Shown here: piece by piece, positions 18,111 through 25,001 of the stretch | How the letters are laid out: every line of letters starts with the position of its first letter | Numbering within the stretch: position 1 is the first letter of the stretch | Source: Xylanibacter ruminicola 23 | Lineage (GTDB): Bacteria > Bacteroidota > Bacteroidia > Bacteroidales > Bacteroidaceae | Reading direction: 5' to 3' | Assembly: GCF_000025925.1 (NCBI RefSeq) | Contig: NC_014033.1 | Location: 1,380,001 to 1,412,000 of the forward strand | Length of the DNA: 32,000 nt | Notes under the pieces: model-generated | Database searches by the model: none | What the model saw: only the letters and a program-made list of their open reading frames with translations | Told to the model about the DNA's origin: nothing | Program-made: the position numbers and the translations under genes

Positions 18111-18953
18111 TTAATTGGTCTGCTTCCCATCCTTGTACTCACCCAGAATCTTCAGCGCCTTGGTAAGTGGGATGATGGCATCCACCGCCTGACGGTATCG
18201 TGTCAGATCATCGTACATCACATCTACGTAGAACAGGTACTCCCACTCCTTGCCGATGATGGGCAGACTCTGAATCTTTGTGAGGTTGATGTGATAGAAC
18301 GACAGGATGGCCAGTACGTGTGCCAGCGAGCCCTGCTCGTGAGGCAGCGAGAACACCATGCTGCTCTTGTTAGTCTCTGTAAGCGGACGCATCATATCGG
18401 CCTTGTTAGGATTGCTCACTACCAGGAATCGGGTAAAGTTATGCTTGTTGTCCTCGATGTGGTCCTCGAGCACCTTCAGTCCGTACAGCTTGGCAGCCTC
18501 GGCATGACAGATGGCAGCCCATCCGCGCTTCTTGCCCTCGGCAATCATCTTGGCACTACCGGCAGTATCCTCGGCCTCCACATTCTTAAGCTGTGGGTGC
18601 TGTGCCAGGAAGTTGCGGCACTGCATCAGGGCTACGGGGTGCGAGTGTACCTCGGTAATGGTGTCCCAATCGTCCTCGGGCAAACAACAGATGCTGTGGG
18701 TGATGTGCAGCTTATGCTCGCCTACGATGGCAGTACCGCTATCACGCAGCAGCTCGTAGTTGTGCAACAGACTACCCGCAATCGTATTCTCGATAGCCAG
18801 CATACCTATGGCGGTAGGATCCTTCTGCATCTCCTCAAACACCTGTTCGAAGGTTGAGCAGCAAATCAACTGTATCTGTTCTCCCTCGAAGTACAGGTGC
18901 GCCGCGATATCGTGGAACGACCCGATTAATCCTTGTATTGCAATTCTCTTCAT
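18111..18953 (-). CDS. pheA: Prephenate dehydratase (PDT plus ACT domains)
   Basis: IAIQGLIGSFHDIAA and TRFLVV, followed by a C-terminal ACT-like region. Confidence 0.9.
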   Translation of the reverse strand: MKRIAIQGLIGSFHDIAAHLYFEGEQIQLICCSTFEQVFEEMQKDPTAIGMLAIENTIAGSLLHNYELLRDSGTAIVGEHKLHITHSICCLPEDDWDTITEVHSHPVALMQCRNFLAQHPQLKNVEAEDTAGSAKMIAEGKKRGWAAICHAEAAKLYGLKVLEDHIEDNKHNFTRFLVVSNPNKADMMRPLTETNKSSMVFSLPHEQGSLAHVLAILSFYHINLTKIQSLPIIGKEWEYLFYVDVMYDDLTRYRQAVDAIIPLTKALKILGEYKDGKQTN

Positions 18954-18989
18954 TATCTCAATTTTTACATTTTCTAATTTTTACACTTT

Positions 18990-19030
18990 AAAAAAGCAAG
19001 TCCCGCTATCACTTGGTTGTGAAGCGGGAC
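18990..19030 (-). terminator. Intrinsic terminator hairpin of the pheA leader (attenuator)
   Basis: Minus-strand RNA reads GUCCCGCU-UCAC-AACCAA-GUGA-U-AGCGGGAC (8+4 bp stem with a 1-nt bulge), then UUGCUUUUUU. It ends 37 nt upstream of the pheA ATG. Confidence 0.65.
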
Positions 19031-19066
19031 CTTGTTGTTTTATCTTCCATTGTCATAAGTTGAACT

Positions 19067-19144
19067 TTACACGCAACTTCCCGCTTCACAGTGTCCTGCA
19101 AAGTAAAAATAATAACCGTAAAACCACACATTCAACATTGACAT
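19067..19144 (-). CDS. Aromatic-rich leader peptide MSMLNVWFYGYYFYFAGHCEAGSCV (25 aa)
   Basis: Manual translation. Codons 7-15 are W F Y G Y Y F Y F. Codons 19-22 overlap the antiterminator segment. The ORF is below the size cut-off of the ORF track. Confidence 0.6.
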   Translation of the reverse strand: MSMLNVWFYGYYFYFAGHCEAGSCV

Positions 19145-19172
19145 AATTCTCTCGTTTATTTGTTTACGGCTG

Positions 19173-19180
19173 CAAAAGTA
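19173..19180 (-). promoter_or_regulatory. -7 promoter box TACTTTTG (minus strand) of the aromatic operon; TTTG -33-like element at the complement of 19201-19204
   Basis: Exact TAnnTTTG match, with a TTTG 20 nt upstream. It lies 28 nt before the leader ATG. Confidence 0.5.
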
Positions 19181-19210
19181 TAGTATTTTTGCGAAATAAA
19201 CAAATAAAAT

Positions 19211-19234
19211 GGCAGAAATTTTGCGATTTCTGCC
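19211..19234 (-). terminator. Terminator of the primase-helicase module
   Basis: GGCAGAAAT-(6 nt)-ATTTCTGCC is a perfect 9-bp stem. On the minus strand it is followed by AUUUUAUUUGUUUAUUU. It lies 36 nt after the stop at 19270. Confidence 0.6.
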
Positions 19235-19269
19235 ACAAATTGTTATTTTTCGTGCTTTTACCTATATAT

Positions 19270-21795
19270 TTACGGTAATTCTTTTAAAATTTTACGATAT
19301 ACGCCATAACTTACTTTCTTGATTACGCCATCCTCTTTCAAGCGCTTTAGAGCACGCGATGTGGCAGAATCACTCGTGCCAAAACTGTCCTTAAACTGCT
19401 GCGTATTAAACTCCTCAGGCAACTGGCGGAAACATTCATCGTAACGCGTGGTGCGACGACGCTGTACAAACTCCTTATTCTGATCGGCAAAATAGTTAAA
19501 CGCCATCTCGCCAAAGAAGAACTTCTGAGACTGATACTGAATGTCCATCACCACACGACAGAAACGCTTATCTGTCTCATCCATGGATAGCGTGTGGTGC
19601 TCCTGCCACTCGTCCCAATGGCGCATCAGGATAAAGGGCAACGAGATGCCAATACCGTAATACGGAATACGCTTTAACAACATGCGATCGGCCTTATCGC
19701 CATTAAATTCAGCTATCTCCATCTTATCGGTCTGCCACTCATAGGTTTCGTCGTTCAGCGGTTCAATGGGTATCTCACCAGCCACCTTATCCAATCGGTA
19801 GGCCCACTTCTTCAACGTTTCTTCGCTACCCTCAATCACCTCTTGGTAGCGCTCCACCTTACCTTTATCAGGCAAAGGGATAACTGCCAGTCGGGTGCTC
19901 ATACCCGTACCAAAATTACGCTGGTTCACTTTGCGATGCAGGGCATAAGGCGTGCCGGTGTAGATAAAGTTCCAATACACGTTGAACATACCCGTTACGC
20001 TCTCCTGATTAGCGTACATCTGTCCGTCCTCCTCGTTGTGAAAGGCTTTCAGCTCCAGAATCTCACGGTCTTTCCAATCGCCACCTTTGTTATTTTTGGT
20101 AACGTTGTCAAGTTCCGAGTCGAACGAGAACATGTGCAGGTTCAGCGGCTTGCCATCTATCGTTTCGATGGCTGCATTCATGTGGCGGATAAACTCACCG
20201 GTAGCCGTACGTGCAGGGTGTACGCGGATGCCTACAGCAGGTCGTTTCAATGCCTCGCCCTTCTGCGCCTTGGTGCTGGTGGTGCGTTCCGTGCGCCCCT
20301 CCTTGTAGCGGTTCACAGCATCTATCAAACAGCTATCGGCTTGAATCATCGGGTCGGCAATCTGCTTGTAAAACTCCTCAATCATATGCTTTCCCGCACC
20401 AGGATCGCCGATAATAAAGATGCAGTAATTCAAGCGACGCACAATCTTTGGCGCAAACCAGAAGTGATACCAGGCACGCGTCATCAACGTCCCGAACAGC
20501 GCCGCCGATGAGAACAATACCGCTGGCAGTTTATGGGGATGCACATTCACAAACAGCTCCTTCATACAAGGATAAAACTCAGCCATCTCCTGCAACTCTT
20601 CAGCCCACTTATCCAGCGGCAATTGCGAGTAAACATCATCAGCCTCCCCCGCCCCCTCCAAAGGGAGGGGAGAATTTACAGTTGGTTCCGAAGGCTCTAA
20701 TACAGCCTTCATCTCCTTTGAGATTTTTGGCAGCCAGGCCTTCCCCTTCTTGGCATTATCGTTCTCCTGTGCCGTTACGTAGTCGGCAGCATTATCCACG
20801 GTACGCTTCACATCCTCGCCGCGCTCTGCTATCATATCCTGTACCCAAGGCTGTACCATCAGCAGGGCCAGTGTCTTAGCCTTATCACGGTCGGTCATAA
20901 TGTACAAATCGCGAGCCAGCACCACGCTGGCCTCATGCCTCGAAACCTCATCGCTGCTGGTAGATCGTTTTTTCCACCATGCTGCGATTATCGAGAGTAA
21001 CGGCATGCCATTGTACGTCAGAAGCTCAGCAATCCGCAGGTTGTCTCCATCGCCAGCTGATAAAGCAGGTTGGTTTTCTCCAGCACTTTCCACAGCGGCC
21101 ATATCAGCGCTATCAGCACTATTCTTAGCAACGTTAATAGTAGGCTGGCTACGACCAGCATGGTACTCATCGTTATACTTCTTACCAAATTCTTCGTTTT
21201 CATACGTAATCAATTTTTCTTCGTCAATAAAAATAATATCTTCACTTGTAGTAAGGAACGCACCCCTTGAGGCATCCTTGCAAGCCTCATCGGGGTTAAG
21301 CCCCAGCTTTTTAGAGAACACTATCTGGTTGTCAATCAGGTTGCCTACGTTGGCATCAGCCATAAACACAACCTTCAATCCATGCCCCGATGGCGTAACG
21401 TACACAAACAGAATCCTGGCCTTATCCTCGTCAGACAACTTGGCATAAGCTTCCTCCCAAACCTGGCGCACATCGCCCTCCACATGGTCAAAGTCAATCA
21501 CACACAAGCCGTTTAGCTTACAATGTTGCTGACTGCGCCAACTGCCCTTCTTAAAGGTTACATCGCCAGTAAGTTTGTTCTCAAACTTCTTATCCCATTC
21601 TTCATAGGTGGCAATGAAAATCACAAACGGCAGACTCTTTTTCTTGTTGTCGTAGGCATTCTTATCACCTCGGGCCAGCGCCTCGCGGGCTTCCTTTACT
21701 TTTCTGATAGTTTCAGGCGCCGTAATTAGCGCCCGAAACTGTTCTACTGTAACTATTTCGGTTGGTAAACCGAAGCTTCGTTGAAAGCAAAACAT
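19270..21795 (-). CDS. AEP-type primase (BT4734/VirE_N-like) fused to a P-loop NTPase; putative primase-helicase
   Basis: N-terminal prim-pol motifs are LCVIDFDHVEG (DxD) and VYVTPSGHGLKVVF. The C-terminal half has IFIIGDPGAGKH (Walker A with His in place of Ser/Thr) and MFSFDSE (Walker B-like). It overlaps the upstream gene by 43 nt. Confidence 0.6.
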   Translation of the reverse strand: MFCFQRSFGLPTEIVTVEQFRALITAPETIRKVKEAREALARGDKNAYDNKKKSLPFVIFIATYEEWDKKFENKLTGDVTFKKGSWRSQQHCKLNGLCVIDFDHVEGDVRQVWEEAYAKLSDEDKARILFVYVTPSGHGLKVVFMADANVGNLIDNQIVFSKKLGLNPDEACKDASRGAFLTTSEDIIFIDEEKLITYENEEFGKKYNDEYHAGRSQPTINVAKNSADSADMAAVESAGENQPALSAGDGDNLRIAELLTYNGMPLLSIIAAWWKKRSTSSDEVSRHEASVVLARDLYIMTDRDKAKTLALLMVQPWVQDMIAERGEDVKRTVDNAADYVTAQENDNAKKGKAWLPKISKEMKAVLEPSEPTVNSPLPLEGAGEADDVYSQLPLDKWAEELQEMAEFYPCMKELFVNVHPHKLPAVLFSSAALFGTLMTRAWYHFWFAPKIVRRLNYCIFIIGDPGAGKHMIEEFYKQIADPMIQADSCLIDAVNRYKEGRTERTTSTKAQKGEALKRPAVGIRVHPARTATGEFIRHMNAAIETIDGKPLNLHMFSFDSELDNVTKNNKGGDWKDREILELKAFHNEEDGQMYANQESVTGMFNVYWNFIYTGTPYALHRKVNQRNFGTGMSTRLAVIPLPDKGKVERYQEVIEGSEETLKKWAYRLDKVAGEIPIEPLNDETYEWQTDKMEIAEFNGDKADRMLLKRIPYYGIGISLPFILMRHWDEWQEHHTLSMDETDKRFCRVVMDIQYQSQKFFFGEMAFNYFADQNKEFVQRRRTTRYDECFRQLPEEFNTQQFKDSFGTSDSATSRALKRLKEDGVIKKVSYGVYRKILKELP

Positions 21796-22217
21796 TTGTC
21801 TATTTCACTTGTTAGTTGGTACAACTGCTTCCTTACGTCCAATGCTCCTTCAACCTCGAATGTGAGCCAGGCCATCAGCTGGGGATGCTCACCTTTAACA
21901 AGACAGACCTTCAGGTTGTCGTTGTTTACCAGATACTCGCCTTTCGGCATAGTAGGTTCTGTAATCTCGATGTCCTTGGTCAGCTTAGCCAACTCCTTAT
22001 GGAAATAGGCCGCCTTGTCAGCCACTTCATCCGGACATTTCAGTTCAATACACGTCAGCGGGTTCTTACCAGTGGTAGCATAACGCTTACTGCGCCCCAC
22101 TTTCTTCACATCCTTCTGACTGGGCACACCCTGAGCCTGAGGGTCAACCTCTATCGAACCATCATCATAGATTCTGGTGTTCGACTTATACGATTTCTGT
22201 AGCTTTCTCATACTCAT
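21753..22217 (-). CDS. Hypothetical protein (154 aa)
   Basis: Intact ORF whose start overlaps the stop of the preceding gene by 4 nt (22214-22217). No motif recognised. Confidence 0.55.
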   Translation of the reverse strand: MSMRKLQKSYKSNTRIYDDGSIEVDPQAQGVPSQKDVKKVGRSKRYATTGKNPLTCIELKCPDEVADKAAYFHKELAKLTKDIEITEPTMPKGEYLVNNDNLKVCLVKGEHPQLMAWLTFEVEGALDVRKQLYQLTSEIDKCFAFNEASVYQPK

Positions 22218-22507
22218 TTCACGCTAATCTTATCAATATAAATCGTGGTAGCCTGAATCTGTTCACCAGTCTGCTGCGACATCCAGTCTCTCACTACCAT
22301 CGAGCACTGCACCCTGTAGAAGTAGTTCTTGTCGTAAATCGGACAGTTAACGGCTCGTTCGCCTGTCACCTCGCCTAAGAACGTGTCAATACCATCAGTC
22401 AGCTTAAATGTAACAGCATTCATTACCTTTTCCTGACCAGTCTTTTTGTCGGTGTACTTTCTTGTTGAAAGTGCCGACTGCTCCAAAATTCTAACAGTCT
22501 TTTCCAT
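22214..22507 (-). CDS. Hypothetical protein (97 aa), possibly a small OB-fold/ssDNA-binding-like protein (weak impression only)
   Basis: Intact ORF with a beta-rich pattern reminiscent of DUF3127-type small OB-fold proteins. Not verifiable here. Confidence 0.5.
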   Translation of the reverse strand: MEKTVRILEQSALSTRKYTDKKTGQEKVMNAVTFKLTDGIDTFLGEVTGERAVNCPIYDKNYFYRVQCSMVVRDWMSQQTGEQIQATTIYIDKISVK

Positions 22508-22556
22508 TTTAATTTTTACCTTTTTTCATTTTTACCTTTTCCTTATATCTTGTTCC

Positions 22557-22994
22557 TTATTTCTTTAGCATAAACAATAAATAATCCTTCGTCTCAGCCA
22601 GCAATTCGATACCTAATTGGAAGTATTCCTTTTCTGGATTGAGATGCAGCAGATTCACCAGGTTATGGGCCAACCCGGTATTGTTGAACTGCAGGTTGTT
22701 GGAACCTGTCTTAAACTTAACCTCAATGCCCCGCGTGCGATTAAACATCAGCACCACATCGGTAGTCTGTCGGCTTCTTGTAAGCAGCATGTGGGTTGAT
22801 AGCTTTTTGGCTATCATCCGCGAATGTTCCTGATTAAACGTCAGTCGGTTGCCGCCCCTCAAACTCAGCGAACAGGTATCCTTGGGCAGACCCAGACAGT
22901 TACTCCTAGTCTTAACATTAATAATCTCCAAGTCCAAACTTTCCAACTGTGCAGCCTCATTAAGATCGGCACGCTTGGTTGATATCATCTTCAA
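22557..22994 (-). CDS. Hypothetical protein (145 aa from TTG 22994; alternative ATG at 22988)
   Basis: ORF track entry. The same reading frame continues upstream and is interrupted only by one TGA at 23091-23093. Confidence 0.5.
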   Translation of the reverse strand: MKMISTKRADLNEAAQLESLDLEIINVKTRSNCLGLPKDTCSLSLRGGNRLTFNQEHSRMIAKKLSTHMLLTRSRQTTDVVLMFNRTRGIEVKFKTGSNNLQFNNTGLAHNLVNLLHLNPEKEYFQLGIELLAETKDYLLFMLKK

Positions 22995-23219
22995 CCATTC
23001 TTCGTGTATAGCTAACCAAAAATCCTTGTCGTAAATCGACTTGGGATAAACACAAACGCCTGAGGTATCACGTTTTCTACCTTGGCTTTTTCAAGATAAG
23101 CCTCCCATAGTAGGAGGATTAACCGAAAGATGATTCTGTCGATAGTTCTGCGAAAACATCACATAGATATTTCGCACGTGTAGGAATCTTTTAAATTCCT
23201 GTATCTCTGTTCTTGTCAT
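22995..23219 (-). pseudogene. Interrupted 5' extension of the 145-aa ORF (42 codons, TGA, 32 codons, all in frame); possibly a decayed N-terminal domain
   Basis: ATG 23219 opens MTRTEIQEFKRFLHVRNIYVMFSQNYRQNHLSVNPPTMGGLS, then a stop. It continues KSQGRKRDTSGVCVYPKSIYDKDFWLAIHEEWLKMISTKR. The +1 frame also carries a protein-like stretch, EAYLEKAKVENVIPQAFVF. Confidence 0.3.
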
Positions 23220-23310
23220 AATAAAATGCTTTTTTACGTCGCCCCCTTTCAGGCGACCTTTATAATTAATAAATAATGTATTAACAGCCAATGTATCAAT
23301 AAATTAAAGA

Positions 23311-23360
23311 GCACTTGCAAACTGATTCTGAGCGTCCTCAGGTTTGCAAGTGCAAAGATA
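23311..23360 (-). promoter_or_regulatory. 12-bp perfect inverted repeat GCACTTGCAAAC-N19-GTTTGCAAGTGC abutting a minus-strand -7 box TATCTTTG (23353-23360)
   Basis: Read directly from the sequence. The loop contains a further 5-bp pair, CTGAG/CTCAG. Confidence 0.5.
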
Positions 23361-23421
23361 GATACAAATAATGTACGGGGGATAGTTTTAGGCAGCACCC
23401 GCCCTTACTATCCCCTGATTA

Positions 23422-23455
23422 CCCTTAATTGCCCATGAAAGCCCTTAATTGCCCA
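23422..23455. repeat. Direct repeat CCCTTAATTGCCCA x2 at 20-bp phasing, with a third partial unit GCCCTTA at 23401
   Basis: 23422-23435 equals 23442-23455 (14 of 14). The repeat lies immediately 3' of the stop at 23459. Confidence 0.9.
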
Positions 23456-23458
23456 AAC

Positions 23459-24565
23459 TTATTTGCTTAGATATTGGTTGCTAAAGTGTTTTTCGCTGAA
23501 TCCTTTACCAGTAGGCATACCCAATCTCACCAACTCGGCATAGACTGGCGACGGATTGGGTGGCAGAAGTATTTTCTTGTCGCGAGCCATCTGCTGCAGA
23601 TACTCGCATATCACTTGTACACTTTGTCGTTTTACTAAGCGTTTCACTTCATTATGAATCGCCACCCCGTCTTCGTCACTAATCGTTGGATGAATAAACT
23701 TAAACAGCTCCTCATCCGGTGTCTTTGCATGGGATGTTTGCTTCTCTAAGTCTTTCTGTTCTGCTTTCAAGTTTATGATGTCTTCGTGAATCATTTTCAG
23801 CTGCACGTCGTACTCATACAGGGCTATGCGCTGCTCCTTTGTAAACTTCTCGAAACAATACGAAAAAAGATAGGTGTATATTTGTTGGTAATCAATCATA
23901 AACATGCGTTCATCTTTCCAATACGAATACCGCTTCAGTTTAGCACACTCCTCAACAAAGTTTCCTGGCAACTCTTGTCCATGTTTGATGTCCTTCTTTA
24001 CCAGCTCCAACTTCACCGCGGCTATCTCGTCGCCTTTAGGATCCTCATCGTAGTACAAGACACCTTTTATCAGCATGTCAGCGGTTAGTTGCACCTGCTG
24101 CTGTATCAGCTGTTTTATCGTGGGATGCGGATGGCGTATGCGCCATAACTCATAATCAAGGGTATGGGTTGATTTCTCTAGTCGTGCTGCCATCCGCTTA
24201 AATACTTTTTCAGCATAATCTACATCCACTTGCAGAATCTTAATTTGCAGCTCCTGCAGCATGTTCACCAGAGTAACAATCTTCTGTTTCAGTGGCTCGA
24301 TAAGCGGTTGACGAGGCACGCTAAAGATTTTGCTTTTCAGCCAGTAGTCCACATCAGTCATGCGGTCAAAGTCAATTACCAGTGGAATCCTACAGCTTCT
24401 TATTGCCGACTTATCCAATAGCCGCTTTACAACACGTATGGCATCATCGGCCAGTTCGTTCATACACAAGCTGCAATGCACAAAAATCCGTTCACAGGTA
24501 AGGTCGTGCATGTTACAATGCTCCATCAAATCAGCTAGATTCATCAAAGTCTGTTTTTGTTTCAT
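23459..24565 (-). CDS. Hypothetical protein (368 aa from ATG 24565), Cys/His-rich N-terminus, long helical middle
   Basis: The ORF track starts at GTG 24625. I prefer ATG 24565 because it overlaps the stop of the upstream small ORF (ATGA) and gives MKQKQTLMNLADLMEHCNMHDLTCERIFVHCSLC. The C-terminus reads VYAELVRLGMPTGKGFSEKHF. Confidence 0.6.
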   Translation of the reverse strand: MKQKQTLMNLADLMEHCNMHDLTCERIFVHCSLCMNELADDAIRVVKRLLDKSAIRSCRIPLVIDFDRMTDVDYWLKSKIFSVPRQPLIEPLKQKIVTLVNMLQELQIKILQVDVDYAEKVFKRMAARLEKSTHTLDYELWRIRHPHPTIKQLIQQQVQLTADMLIKGVLYYDEDPKGDEIAAVKLELVKKDIKHGQELPGNFVEECAKLKRYSYWKDERMFMIDYQQIYTYLFSYCFEKFTKEQRIALYEYDVQLKMIHEDIINLKAEQKDLEKQTSHAKTPDEELFKFIHPTISDEDGVAIHNEVKRLVKRQSVQVICEYLQQMARDKKILLPPNPSPVYAELVRLGMPTGKGFSEKHFSNQYLSK

Positions 24566-24687
24566 AACAGCCAAACACCTCCTTTCTGTTTGATGGTTAG
24601 ATACTTGGTTGCATAGCGGGAACACTTCACACAGAAGGTTCCCTCGCGTTGGAGCCAGTTAGCTCCGGTTTTGGGGTTGATAGTCAT
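24562..24687 (-). CDS. Small ORF (41 aa) MTINPKTGANWLQREGTFCVKCSRYATKYLTIKQKGGVWLL
   Basis: Manual translation. It starts 54 nt downstream of the -7 box and its stop overlaps the next ATG (ATGA). No homology recognised. Confidence 0.3.
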   Translation of the reverse strand: MTINPKTGANWLQREGTFCVKCSRYATKYLTIKQKGGVWLL

Positions 24688-24740
24688 AATTATAAATTTT
24701 GAATGGTAATTTATTAGCGTGTTCTATTGAAGAACAGACG

Positions 24741-24748
24741 CAAAGGTA
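24741..24748 (-). promoter_or_regulatory. -7 promoter box TACCTTTG (minus strand) for the module
   Basis: Plus-strand CAAAGGTA. Confidence 0.45.
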
Positions 24749-25001
24749 CAAATAAGTGAGCACAATACAAAAAATGGGTACCCCAAAAAACTACATATTC
24801 ATTTAAGATGTAGGATAATTAAGAATTTTTATGTACCTTTACTCGATATGCCACATGCACAACTGACGCAGTTCTGAGTGATCTGTGTATATTTTGCACA
24901 TACCACTTCTCGTTGTAACTCACCCTCTTTAATTAGATACAAAGAAAAATAAGAAATACAAACATTTTAGCCAATAATTCTTGGAATTGGAAAGAAATTC
25001 G

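Larger units (their letters stand above)
19211..24748 (-). mobile_element. Integrase-less primase-helicase gene module (cryptic replicon, satellite or phage remnant); boundaries approximate
   Basis: Six or seven co-directional genes run from the promoter box at 24741-24748 to the terminator at 19211-19234. The module is AT-richer than its flanks, ends in an AEP-primase/P-loop fusion, and has one interrupted ORF. No integrase, capsid or mobilisation genes were recognised. Confidence 0.4.

Noticed and set aside
20643-20670. GC-rich hairpin-like tract (CCCCTCC-aaag-GGAGGGG) in the otherwise AT-rich primase-helicase gene.
   Set aside because: It lies in frame within the ORF (SPLPLEGAGEADD linker). 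There is no evidence of a separate element, so it is probably just a linker-encoding tract.
23378-23415. Possible tRNA or tRNA fragment (att-type target) at the 9-bp hairpin after the 368-aa gene.
   Set aside because: It is a single stem-loop only, with no cloverleaf arms, T-loop (GTTCRA) or acceptor/CCA features.
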